A DNA stretch of 63,532 nucleotides, filler included, from Octopus bimaculoides (GCF_001194135.2; 4 parts of 4 records of this genome joined end to end with filler, not necessarily neighbours in it); one strand, 5' to 3'; shown: positions 39,148 to 51,321, numbered from the whole stretch's first letter. Numbers and translations are program-made. The notes: a model not told the origin generated them from the sequence alone.

Positions 39148-39794
39148 TTTATATGGATGTGTAATGAGTAGTGTGTGTATGGGTGTGTTGTAAAATCGTT
39201 GAAACCAAATTAAAAACTCTAAAAGCTCTGTTTCTCATTTGCAGCCCTTTTTCACATTGACAATATCGTCTCTCTCGATGACATTATTTTCAATGAAAAG
39301 GGACAAATATGACCCCTGAGGGATTTTTTCCACTCTCACTGTTACCCGACACGCCACCCCCAGTAATTTTTTCGATTTTAATGGTGAACTAAAATACAAT
39401 TAAGTTTTAATTGATTTAATTAGGATAAGGGGTTAAAAAGGTAATTAAAAACGGTCTTCGGCTGATTCAACTTATTCTGAATAGAATAGACAGCAGACAC
39501 AACAGCATTGCTGTGAATGTGTTAGTGAGAGGGGGGATGTTTTAATATCTACCAGCGTGTATATGTATGTATTATGTGAGTGTGATCAGTGTGTGTGCGC
39601 GCATGTGTGTGTGTGCGCGCATGTGTGTGTGTGCGTGCGTGTGTGTGGCGCACGCGCACCGTGTGCATGTATTTTCTTTTAGCCTTGTGTGTTTGTGTGT
39701 CTGTTAGAAGTAACCGGGAGACATGTTGTATATATATATATATGTTTGTGTGTGTCTGTATGTTTATGTGTCTGTGTTTGTCCCTCCTCCATCG

Positions 39795-41287
39795 CTTTAC
39801 GTCGTCCATCTTCACCTTCTCCGTCTTTACGTCATCCGCCTTTACGTTGTTCGTCTTTAGGTCGTCTGTCTTTACGTTCTCCGCCTTTACGTTGTCCGTG
39901 TTTTACATCGTCCGTCTTTACGTCGTCCGTCTTTACGTCGTTCGTCTTTACGTTGTCCGTGTTTTACGTTGTCCGTCTTCTCGTTGCCCGTCTTTACGTT
40001 GTCCGTCTTCACGGCGTCCTTCTTTACGTTATCCGTCTTCACGCTGTCCGTCTTTACGTCGTCCGTCTTTACGTTATCCGTCTTTACGTCGTCCGTCTTT
40101 ACGTTGTCCGTTTTCACGGCGTCCTTCTTTACGTTGTCCGTCTTCACGGCGTCCTTCTTTACGTTATCCGTCTTCCCGGCGTCCTTCTTTACGTTGTCCG
40201 TCTTTACNNNNNNNNNNNNNNNNNNNNNNNNNNNNNNNNNNNNNNNNNNNNNNNNNNNNNNNNNNNNNNNNNNNNNNNNNNNNNNNNNNNNNNNNNNNNN
40301 NNNNNNNNNNNNNNNNNNNNNNNNNNNNNNNNNNNNNNNNNNNNNNNNNNNNNNNNNNNNNNNNNNNNNNNNNNNNNNNNNNNNNNNNNNNNNNNNNNNN
40401 NNNNNNNNNNNNNNNNNNNNNNNNNNNNNNNNNNNNNNNNNNNNNNNNNNNNNNNNNNNNNNNNNNNNNNNNNNNNNNNNNNNNNNNNNNNNNNNNNNNN
40501 NNNNNNNNNNNNNNNNNNNNNNNNNNNNNNNNNNNNNNNNNNNNNNNNNNNNNNNNNNNNNNNNNNGTCCGTCTTCACGCTGTCCTTCTTTACGTTGTCC
40601 GTCTTCACGGCGTCCTTCTTTACGTTATCCGTCTTCACGGCGTCCTTCTTTACGTTGTCCGTCTTCACGCTGTCCGTCTTTACGTCGTCCGTCTTTACGT
40701 TATCCGTCTTTACGTCGTCCGTCTTTACGTTGTCCGTTTTCACGGCGTCCTTCTTTACGTTGTCCGTCTTCACGGCGTCCTTCTTTACGTTATCCGTCTT
40801 CCCGGCGTCCTTCTTTACGTTGTCCGTCTTTACGTCGTTCGTCTTCACGGTGTCCGTCTTTACGTTATCCATCTTTACGTCGTCCGTCTTTACGTTATCC
40901 GTCTTCCCGGCGTCCTTCTTTACGTTGTCCGTCATTACGTCGTTCGTCTTCACGCTGTCCGTCTTTACGTCGTCCGTCTTTACGTTGTCCGTCTTCACGA
41001 CGTCCTTCTTTACGTTATCCGTCTTCACGGCGTCTTTCTTTACGTCGTCCGACTTTACGTTGTCCGTCTTTACGTCGTTCGTCTTCACGCTGTCCGTCTT
41101 TACGTTGTCCGTCTTCACGGCGTCCTTCTTTACGTTATCCGTTTTTACGTTATCCGTCTTTACGTCATTCGTCTTTACGTTGTCCGTGTTTTACGTTGTC
41201 CGTCTTTACGTTGTCTGTCTTTACGTTATCCGTCTTTACGTCGTCCGTCTTTACGTTGTCCGTGTTTTACGTTGTCCGTTTTTACGT
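39795..41287. repeat. 15-bp CpG-rich minisatellite (consensus GTCCGTCTTTACGTT)
   Basis: About 75 visible units on either side of an N gap (40208-40566), with recurrent variant units and a few 16-bp units near both ends. Confidence 0.95.
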
Positions 41288-41549
41288 TCTGAGTTAATAT
41301 TCCGCAGAGTTGACTCTCGGTTTTGACTCTCGGATTTGATTCTCGGTTTGTTTTACCAGTGAAGGACTCATTACCTTTGATATTGTTTTTATATAGGGAG
41401 AAAAAGGTTCGTTAAATGAATTGGGGTTATGTAGAGAGGAGGGGTTAGGTGAAAGGAAGCGTAAGAAAGGGATGGGGGCGGAGAGAAGACCTAGAGAGAA
41501 CGCTCACCAGGTATAGGAGTATAGGAGAGTGTAAGAACAGGAGGAGGAA

Positions 41550-41657
41550 AAGAAGAAGAAGAAGAAGAAGAAGAAGAAGAAGAAGAAGAAGAAGACGAAG
41601 AAGAAGAAGAAGAAGAAGAAGAAGAAGAAGAAGAAGAAGAAGAAGAAGAAGAAGAAG
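41550..41657. repeat. (GAA)n tract ending at a scaffold join
   Basis: Visible directly. Confidence 0.95.
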
Positions 41658-41757
41658 NNNNNNNNNNNNNNNNNNNNNNNNNNNNNNNNNNNNNNNNNNN
41701 NTTAATTAATTAANNNNNNNNNNNNNNNNNNNNNNNNNNNNNNNNNNNNNNNNNNNN
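41658..41757. other. Synthetic 100-nt scaffold join
   Basis: 44N-TTAATTAATTAA-44N. Confidence 0.9.
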
Positions 41758-43049
41758 CAAGACCTACACACTTCACGTCTGGCTGTACAGCCTTTTTGTT
41801 TGTTTATTTCACCGTTTCGTTTTCCTGTCTTGTTTTCCGTCCGCCACTACCCTCCACGAAAACAATTTAATTTGTGTTCGTGGGAAGAACAATTTTAACG
41901 ATGCGTACTGCCTTAATTCTTCGAAACGCCGGAGTTTTAATGGTGGCAGCTGATGAAGGGGTTGTTTCTATGTGGCCTGCTTGTTTGTTTCACCTTGTTT
42001 ACCATTTTGTCCTTGTTTTGCCACGTCATGTACCCAGTTATGTATCTATATGTACATGTAGATGAACGTATATACATACATGTACATATATATGCATATA
42101 CTCATATTGTTTATATATATATATAGATATACATGACAAGAAATAATTTTTGCCACTTTTTATGGAGACAAAAGTGTTTATAGGACTGCAAAAAAAAGTG
42201 CTCAAATGAAATTGAGACAGAGATAAAAAAAAAAACATTGATTAGAGAACAAACATCAAATGCGAGTCGAAGTTTGATAATATTGTCTGTTTAAAGAAAG
42301 CTAAATACAAAAGGAAAGTAATTATAAATATTTACAAATACTTGCCGCTACAGTGATGTTTGTAAATATTTATGAATGAAGAATTTTGCCAAGGCGGTGA
42401 AGTTTGTCTTCAAGATCTTTTTCAATTTCAGATAGTAAAGAGAGGGAGGGGGAGGGAGGGACAGACAGACAGACAGAGACAGACAGACAGAGACTGAGAC
42501 AGACAGATAGACAGACAGAACGTGTAGACGTTGCTGGAAGAAAAAATATAAGTCTTTGTGTGTATACCCTTAATGTAATCCTGTGTAATTTTAGACTTGG
42601 TACGGTTACGTATAGAAATATAAACAAACTAACGTACACACACACACACACACACAAATATACTCTATTAAATATACTCATCCACCTCCTATGGAGAATG
42701 AATCAGACAGAAGGCGATGGTTAGCCAGAGAGAGACAAAGGCGAAGAACAGCCAGTCTCACTCAGGAAGAACTGGACACAAGGAGATTAAACAATACATT
42801 AAGGTTATTATTTTCCGTATCATTTTCATGCCATCATTTCTGACGGCACGGGTATATTAGTATATACATAAACATTATAAATAGGTGACCAGTAATAAAG
42901 TCACAGGGATAAGTCAAAGTAATAAAGTCACAATTAATTTATGGGATCCGGACAAAACCCCTTGTAACTTTATTACCGTGACTTTTTTTACCTGGATTCT
43001 ATAAATAAATATATATACAATGAATAAATATACATATAATTAAATTTTA

Positions 43050-44063
43050 TTAACAGTTTTTAGTGATGAACGGATGAGATTGGCTAATGTTCCTGAAGAG
43101 TAGGGTCTCCTTTATCATTCCAGAATGCTTGTCCTTGGTGCGGGAAACAAACGGCCACATAAAGTGTACTTGGGTACATGGAACCGACTTCTTCCAATAA
43201 GCATTAGCTACTGACTCTGTTTTGTGTCTGAAAGAGTTTCCAGAGCACATATGAACATCATACCAAAATTTTAGGAACAAATATGGATTACAAGGCGATT
43301 CAAGCATAGCCCCTTCGAACGGTCGAAGTTTTAATGGGAAAATATTTTTCTTGATAAATTTATATCTAGGCTTACCGTATGTGAAGTCAAAGATCGATGT
43401 CTCATTTTCTCCAAAGAAAAATATATCAATGTAAGGCCAACGGAATTGTTGATTTTTCAAAGTCTTAACATCTCTGAAGAAAAATTTCCATTGAAATGTC
43501 TTTGGATTGGACACTTGAAAGCCAGGCACTGTCTGTGATACAGTGTAAAATGTGTCCCTCTGGGAATAATTCATAAAAACGTCAATATCATCGTCCCAAG
43601 GAATGATACCATGATGACGATAAGATCCTAAAAGTGAACCACCGTACAAGAAAAATACAATTTTGTGACGCCGACAAATATCAATAAAAGATTGAAAGAC
43701 ATACAAAAGGAGCTTCTTCTCTGTAGGGCTAATGGTGCTTTGGTAAATAATAGCCAAGGATTCGTTTCCTGTCACTGATAAATGGGCAGTTTCATTGATA
43801 GCAATGCCGATGTTAGTATCATTAAAGTGAAAACTTCCAACAAGATCGGGAAACGTGTTTTTATCGTAGTTTCTTTCAGCGATGACATAATTATTCATAA
43901 TTACACGAAACATCCTTTGTTTGTCTGGGTTAAATTGCCAAAACTTACTGCTGATGAAGAAAAATAGAATTATGAAAATTCCAATCAACAAAATCAATTT
44001 CTTTGGCTGTAGCGGGTTCTTTAATCTATAAGCTTTCCGGCTCAAAATACACAACTGTGACAT
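43050..44063 (-). CDS. LicD/fukutin-FKRP family nucleotidyltransferase-fold phosphotransferase, type II membrane protein, 337 aa, single coding exon
   Basis: Uninterrupted ORF from ATG 44063 (cgaaaaATGT); the track start at 44165 is a GTG. N-terminal TM helix LILLIGIFIILFFFI, LicD signature FLYGGSLLGSYRHHGIIPWDDDIDVFM, downstream WPYIDIFFF, several N-x-S/T sequons. Confidence 0.92.
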   Translation of the reverse strand: MSQLCILSRKAYRLKNPLQPKKLILLIGIFIILFFFISSKFWQFNPDKQRMFRVIMNNYVIAERNYDKNTFPDLVGSFHFNDTNIGIAINETAHLSVTGNESLAIIYQSTISPTEKKLLLYVFQSFIDICRRHKIVFFLYGGSLLGSYRHHGIIPWDDDIDVFMNYSQRDTFYTVSQTVPGFQVSNPKTFQWKFFFRDVKTLKNQQFRWPYIDIFFFGENETSIFDFTYGKPRYKFIKKNIFPLKLRPFEGAMLESPCNPYLFLKFWYDVHMCSGNSFRHKTESVANAYWKKSVPCTQVHFMWPFVSRTKDKHSGMIKETLLFRNISQSHPFITKNC

Positions 44064-44183
44064 TTTTCGTTCTCTCCTCTCAATCTCCGTTTCTCGTTTT
44101 GTTCTGATCCTTTTTCTGGTTTCTTTTTCTCTTTTTATCTTCCACCTTGTTTTCTCATAAATCACATCAAAACTTAACCAAAA

Positions 44184-44205
44184 CTTTAAAGAAAATGTTA
44201 GGCTT
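44184..44205 (-). other. Putative splice acceptor for the LicD-family coding exon (implies an upstream non-coding exon)
   Basis: Minus strand ctaacattttctttaaag| gives a branch-point-like CTAAC, a pyrimidine tract and AG about 120 nt upstream of the ATG. Confidence 0.5.
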
Positions 44206-44509
44206 TTTTTCTGAGTTTTGAACTGGAAAAGGAAAGTGTACCTTTCACAAAGTAATTTCTAATGTTTTAGTATTTGTGGTTTTTCTATTTCTGACCGACA
44301 GCGTTTCAAAGACAAAACGTGAATTCTACTAAAGAAAGGGTAAAGGATGGGGGTACATTCAAAATATTTATTGTGACACATGTTGCCCCATTACTGGCTT
44401 ATTTTAACGTAGATGTTTATATTAATATATAAATATTATATATTCTTGCGTACAAACAAGATTACAGATTAATATTTTGTAATGTGATGTTTTGTTTTTC
44501 TTTTGTAGT

Positions 44510-44856
44510 TTTATACTTTACTACAACTATCGCCACCACTACAATTGCTACCACCACTATAACTACTACCACTACTACTACTACCACCACCACTATAACT
44601 ACTACCACCAGTACTACTACTACTACTACTACCATCATTACTTAAATCACTACCACCACCACCACCCCCGCTACCGCTGTACTACCAGTCCCACTACCAC
44701 CACTACTGCTACCACTACCAATACAACTTCTACTACTACTACTACTACCACCACTACCATCACCACTCCTACCAGTACCGCTACTACTACCAATACCAGT
44801 ACCACGACTACCAATACAACTACTACCACTCCTACCACCACCACTACTACTACTAT

Positions 44857-44921
<65 letters not shown>

Positions 44922-44995
44922 TAATACCACCACCTTTACTGTTACTACTCTACCACCACCATCAATACTACTCAAGCTATTCACGTCACCACCAG
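44510..44995. repeat. (ACT/ACC)n trinucleotide low-complexity tract
   Basis: Visible directly. It explains the poly-T and Y/H-rich pseudo-ORF. Confidence 0.95.
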
Positions 44996-45470
44996 AGATG
45001 AGTTGTGCTGCTGCAAGTTATCCTGAAACAAACTAAAGGAAGTTACCTTTTGTTTTCAGATTTATATATATTTTGGGAACTTAGTTCGTTGCCCTAATAT
45101 AAATCTGATTGTCATGTTACAACAATTATTGTTATATATGTTAGCATCCTGGTTTTCCATGACTATATCATCAAGTATTAGCAATAGCAAGTGGTTCAGA
45201 AAGTACAAATGTAGTAAGAATTTAACCTTTTTTGACAGAGAAGATGGGTCTGTTTTGACAGTTCTGAGCAAAATCTTTTTCACATGTCACAATTTTATTA
45301 TTATAATTATATTATGATCTTTTACCTAGAGCTAGAAGCTATATTACTAGAGGATTTTAAAAAGAACATCAACTATTGATGTGATGATAAAGGGTAATGG
45401 CCTACCTAGAGTGTATACTCTCTAGAGCAGCTCTTAAGTTTAGCCCCCACTACCAGGTAATACAACTTAT

Positions 45471-46051
45471 GTGCTGGCACTCCATCGCTTACGACGTCGA
45501 GGGTTCCAGTTGATTCGATCAACGGAACAGCCTGCTCGTGAAATTAACGTGCAAGCGGCTGAGCACTCCACAGACACGTGTACCCTTAACGCAGTTCTCG
45601 GGGATATTCAGCGTGACACAGAGTGTGACAAGGCTGACCCTTTGAATTACAGGCACAACAGAAACAGGAAGNNNNNNNNNNCATCGCTTACGACGTCGAG
45701 GGTTCCAGTTGATTCGATCAACGGAACAGCCTGCTCGTGAAATTAACGTGCAAGCGGCTGAGCACTCCACAGACACGTGTACCCTTAACGCAGTTCTCGG
45801 GGATATTCAGCGTGACACAGAGTGTGACAAGGCTGACCCTTTGAATTACAGGCACAACAGAAACAGGAAGTAAGAGTGAGAGAAAGTTGTGGTGAAAGAG
45901 TACAGCAGGGTTCGCCACCACCTCCTGCCGGAGCCTCGTGGAGCTTTAGGTGTTTTCGCTCAATAAACACTCACAACGCCCGGTCTGGGAATCGAAACCA
46001 CGATCCTATGACCGCGAGTCCGCTGCCCTACCACTGGGCCATTGCGCCTCC
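45471..46051 (-). mobile_element. SINE family A, young copy with 12-bp TSD; apparent internal duplication is probably an assembly overlap
   Basis: TSD aatacaacttat at 45459-45470 and 46052-46063, CpGs retained. 45481-45671 is repeated identically across a 10-N gap. Confidence 0.9.
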
Positions 46052-47040
46052 AATACAACTTATACAAGAGACCCAAAAGTGTCGTCCCCATAGAAGTATC
46101 ACTTGGGGTGGACCATACCATTACCCTACTGACAGGGAGAAATGATATTGACTTGTTTCTTTAATAGCACAAATTAATATTGCATTGTTGCAGTTAAGAA
46201 CCCAGCAATGAGAGAGAAGGGTGGACAAGGAAGCTGTTCAATGAGACCAAGTGGTGACAGTGCAACGTGGAAACAAAACCATGAATGCTTTAGTGACACA
46301 ACTCAAGGTTGATAAAATAAGTACCTGTTAAGCATTGGGAACGATGTCATCGACTTATACCTTGCCTGAAATTACTGGCCTTGTGCCAAAATTTGGAACC
46401 ATTACTCAGAACGTAAAGACGAAATTCTGTTAAGCATTTTCCTGACATGCTAACAATTCTGTTCGCTGCCTTATAACCGGAAATCATATTAGGGTTAATT
46501 TGTTTAGTCTTGCAAAAGAAAATGGAAGCTCAATACACTAGCATTGTTTACTTTAATTCTATATTAAGATTTAGAAAGCTACATCCAGTGAGGTGACTTC
46601 GATGCACCTCAGCTAATATAATGAAGTTCAAACTGAAAGGCTTATGCTTTTAAAGAAATACATTCTTCTTTGCTTTCAGCAGATCTTCATCTCAATTTAA
46701 CCACAGTTTGACACTTTTCCACAGATTTACTTGCAAATGAAAATATTGTATTTTGAATGTTAGTACGTTTGTTTTCTTTCAAACATTTAAAATTAGATGA
46801 AGAGTCAGGACTTTACTTTCTCACCATGTCACCAGTGAAGGTTAAGGGTATCCCGCCCTTGTAGCATAACTAGGAGTGGTAGTGGTAATGGTGATCCGCC
46901 CGTGCAATGCTGTTAGGTAGGCATCTCTTTGGAGTCTGCTACACAAGCCTGTGTAGGGGTGGTGGGGTGGAGAACAAACTCAAAAGCTGCTTCGGGCAAC
47001 ACACACTATAACAATGCCACTGCCTCCCCACTCACTGACT

Positions 47041-47495
47041 TGTTGTTGGCACTCCGTCGCTTACGATGTCGAGGGTTCCAGTTGATCCGATCAACAGAAT
47101 AGCCTGCTCATGAAATTAACGTGCAAGTGGCTGAGCACTCCACAGACACGTGTACCCTTAACATAGTTCTCAGGGATATTCAGCGTGACACAGTGTGACA
47201 AGGCTGCCCTTTGAATTACAGGCACAACAGAAACAGGAAGAAAGAGTGCGAGAAAGTTGTGGTGAAAGAGTACAGCAGGGTTTGCCACCATCCCCTGCCG
47301 GAGCCTCGTGGAGCTTTAGGTGTTTTNNNNNNNNNNNNNNNNNNNNNNNNNNNNNNNNNNNNNNNNNNNNNNNNNNNNNNNNNNNNNNNNNNNNNNNNNG
47401 CTCAATAAACACTCACAACGCCCAGTCTGGGAATCAAAACCGCGATCCTATGACCACAAGTCCGCTGCCCTAACCACTGGGCCATTGCACCTCCA
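47041..47495 (-). mobile_element. SINE family A with 12-bp TSD
   Basis: TSD cactcactgact at 47029-47040 and 47496-47507. Several CpG to TpG/CpA changes. Confidence 0.9.
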
Positions 47496-48689
47496 CACTC
47501 ACTGACTAAACCCGCTAAAAAAACGAGTTCAATTAGTGAATAAAGTCCAATCTATTGACAAGAAAGCAGCCTCAATTTCAAATTTTTACTAGCTTATAGA
47601 GAACAGCCATCAGACTTTGCTATATAGCATTTGTGGTCCTCGACCATTGTTTTCAACAGCTGCAGGAAACGTAAGTAAATGCATTTTGCAGATCTCGGCC
47701 ACTGAGATCAACTTTGTAACTACCAAGGTGAAAAATTTGAGTCAATGATTCATATGAAAATATCCCTATTATCAGACTATGATTGTACTAATATGCAGTC
47801 TTTGAAGAATTCTCAGAAATACTTTTATCAATTGCAAAGTCGTTTGGCTGAAGCCATTTGCTCAGAATCAATAGAAAACTATCAATGTTGAATATGCTTA
47901 GGCCTATAAAGCAACCTTTAATTTAGCACCAATTCCTGGCAATTTTCCCTAGTTCCAATCAAAATGACAAATAATGTATTCATTATTCAGAATCTGTAAA
48001 AAATTTTGTTGCATTTTTTAAAAATATATGACTTGTGAAAACTGACCAAATAAATAAGAAAGAAAGGAGAGACAGACAAACAGAAAGAAAGGAACAACTT
48101 GTTCCTTATGTCAGCTAAATTATCATATACCACTAGATTATATTTAAGTAGGTCTGATTAGCACGAAGAGAACAGCCCATTGTGTTCAGAGGAGAGAGAA
48201 GGATGGAACTGGTTATTGTTGGTAACAATCTCCAATGGTTGTGGTTCAACCAGGCTGATTTAGACCTCCTCTTTCTTCTCACAAAATGTTTACCTTGTAT
48301 GAAAGAAGTAGCAAAGTAGGAAGAAAAAAAAAAGATTGAAAAATGAGAAACAAAAAAAGAGTTGGGAAAATTCGGAAATTTAAACTAGATAATTATCACT
48401 AACTTCTCAAATTAATAACGGTGCTAGATGTCTTGATTTTGCTTTAAAGAATTCAATTGACTGCATCTGTTGGGGTGAAAGACAGGCATGGCTAAGTTGT
48501 AGTGATTTTAGCCTCTGAAGATCAAGTGAAAGCACAAAAGCACAGAAAAATGATTTTATTTTTTTAAGTGACACTGTTTCAATTAGAACTTCACAATATA
48601 AGCTTGGATGCATGGTAGTCAGTCACCTCATTGGTCTTAGCTTGTGAGATAAACATAATTAAGGCCTTATTGCTTCGATGTTAATATCA

Positions 48690-49275
48690 ATGTAGAATAT
48701 GCACACTGACATTACACATTCAGCAGAGCATACTAGCTTCATTTCTTTCAAGCCTACACATGTCCTCAGCAGTCACAGCCCATGTTTTACTGCCATGTAG
48801 CATGGCTGTTTGCAACAGGCATCATACAGTCTACCTTTTGCTCTGAGCGAAAAGCCTTTTGTTACCGAAAGAGGTAGGAGCTCTCAGAAGTTTACTTAGG
48901 CTATTCTTATTCTCGCAGCTACACTCTCAGATCATTCATCTCTGCTACTGACTTGGTCACCTAGGTAACAGAAGTTATCAACTACTTCTAGTTTTTTCCC
49001 CTGGCATATGATGGAATCTGTTTTCTGTACATCTTTAGTGTTTATTGCACCTGTGCATCTGCCACACACAAAAACTATCTTCCCAGTTAACCTTCCTCTG
49101 ATATTACTGTACCTCTTATGTATCTGTAACTTACACCGGGTACATCTTATGGAGCTTTTACCTATGCCTTTTCTATAGATCAAGCAAGGCCATCTACCTG
49201 AAGGGATTTGTAATTTGTCCACCTTCCTACTTACTAAGACTTTGGTTTTGGTTTTAATTTGATCTACTCAACTGG
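48690..49275 (-). mobile_element. RTE-type LINE ORF2 fragment (RT C-terminal region with Cys-rich insert), decayed
   Basis: PSGRWPC...RKGIGKSSIRCTRCKLQIHKR...FVCGRC...LEVVDNFCYLGDQVS, followed after frameshifts by KGRLYDAC-QTAMLHGSKTWAVTAEDMCRLERNEASML. Confidence 0.85.
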
Positions 49276-49505
49276 ATTCAGTTTCATGCACCTGAAATAT
49301 GTGTAGTGTTATATTAAATCACTTTGTTTATGTTAATGCCAGAAAAGAATTACATCAGTTATTTTACAGGCACTATACTGCTTTTTGATTTTTACAATAG
49401 TCTTTTTTTTAAAAACTTACCTTGAGAATGTTAATTGCAGAATGTTTATGTTATCTCTCTGTAAAAGATATGAATTGTGTTGAAGGGAATTATTTATTAG
49501 ACTTC

Positions 49506-49540
<35 letters not shown>

Positions 49541-51321
49541 GGAAGGTTTTGGCATACTTATCAGTCTCTTTTCATTAGACTCAGTGAAGCAATTCTTACT
49601 GAGATTTTTAGTCCACACTTTCCTTGGGAAAAAGCCAAAATCTTCTTTTAACACGCAATTAACACTATAAACCTTAGTTCCCATCAGATTAAATTAAGCA
49701 GTGTCAAGCCAGAAAGATATTTTATATGAGTGGCCATTTGCGATAAAACACCTATGTAATTAATTGATCCATGATTTCTGTCTATTTATAGTTTTTATGT
49801 CTAATGAGAGTTCCAGCCAGGCTCCCACTGTTATCTAAATTCAAAATTACGATATGAATTATTTTGGAAATGTTAGCCACATTCTGCCTATCAAAGAATA
49901 GCAAGCATTGACTCAGGTAAGCCATACTTCAACGTTTGCATCAACATTTTGATTTGATTCCAAATCAGCTTCCAAGAATTAATTGATTGTTTTCCTTCAT
50001 ACATTATGATCACTTAGTCTTAGTATGTTTCTTCTGTATCCCCGCCGCCACTCTCACTTGGACTTTCTCTCTTTCACTATTCTTCCGCCACTTTGCAATC
50101 TCATTCTCTCTGCCTCTTTTCCTCTTCTTCTTTTCTTCTTCGTCATTTTTGTTCATCATAAACTACAATCACAAGCCAACCGTTGTATACGTGCTGCAGC
50201 TATTTCGATTCGGCAAGCAATCAAGATTGACAAAAGAAGGTCAAATCAATCAGCCACTGTTTTCTAAAGTTTATAGACCAAAGTACACGCCATAGTCAAC
50301 AGGCTATCGTTCTCTGGTTACCTTCATTTTCTGTGTTTATTTACCAGTGGTCAGTGGATATTTTATTGCATCACTTTGATTATGGTTTCTTGAATTCTCC
50401 AGCTTCATCATAAACATGTCATTGTTGTTGTTGTTTAACCCCAGACAAATCTTGATTGAACAAACCAATGATCAAAGGTGTTCCAGTTATGACCATTTCA
50501 ACTTTTTCTGTATGCAAGGAACTCAAGACTACATTATACAATGTTTCCATTTTTAAGATGGCAACATGAGATTTAAGGAAGATTTTGCTGTTACATCTAG
50601 CAGATCAAATGACTATGTAGAGGCTCCCTAATTGTCTTGTCGCTATAAAGATGTGTATGTGTGTATACCTTAAACATAACATACATACATATATATGTAT
50701 GTATGTATTTATGTATTTGTACACTTATATACACACATACACATATATGTATACATATACATATATGTGTGTGTATGTGTTTGTGTGTATATGTATGTAT
50801 ACTCTTAATCCTCCACTCATCTCTACCAATTTTATCTCTGCTAAAAGTAACCCTCTGCAAATCCCTATATATCAGACAGACTCAACGACACTTGTCTAAA
50901 AGCTTTAGTAAATATTCTCAGAATGACCATCTTGGTAACAATTATTTCATTTCATGATTTTTCTACTCTGCAGATCACTCCACCCAGTATCTTTTTGTGT
51001 CCAGCTGAGCCCTATACAGTGATTCCCAGGACTCTCAGCTCCAACACGAACAAGAACCCATCTTCATTTTCAAAATGTTTACTCTTCGTTAACTTAATTA
51101 CTGTACTCTTTTTCTAACAAGCACAACAACATAACACCATATCACACACACATATATACACATCAGCTTCCATAACAAAGTACCAGTACACACACAAACA
51201 CACACACACGCACAAACAAACAAACAAACACGAGCAGAAACATACACCCAATCATTCTGCAGCTACCTACCATGTTACTCTTGAACAGTTGAAACCTCTT
51301 TCCTTCCTCTTTATTTCCCTT

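Noticed and set aside
39795-41287. CRISPR-like array
   Set aside because: Head-to-tail repeats without unique spacers, eukaryotic context, no cas genes.
39589-41326. 400-570 aa plus-strand ORFs (VVRLY, TLSVF, RCPSL repeats)
   Set aside because: By-products of a stop-free 15-bp unit. Frames swap at 16-bp units and there is no credible start or splice context.
43050-44063. Horizontal transfer of LicD from bacteria
   Set aside because: The signal-anchor, N-glycosylation sequons, upstream splice acceptor and the known animal LicD/FKRP family explain it without transfer. Only a phylogeny could reopen this.
45481-45871. Tandem duplication inside a SINE
   Set aside because: Identical sequence on both sides of a 10-N gap points to an unmerged contig overlap.
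47593-47670. Plus-strand 78-nt exon candidate LIENSHQTLLYSICGPRPLFSTAAGN with a gtaagt donor
   Set aside because: Isolated, weak acceptor, no partner exons. The CGP similarity to reductase NAD-binding motifs is too short to trust.
48130-48345. Strong minus-strand pyrimidine tract and AG at 48294 followed by a 53-codon frame
   Set aside because: No recognisable product and no clear donor. It could be a non-coding exon but is unsupported.
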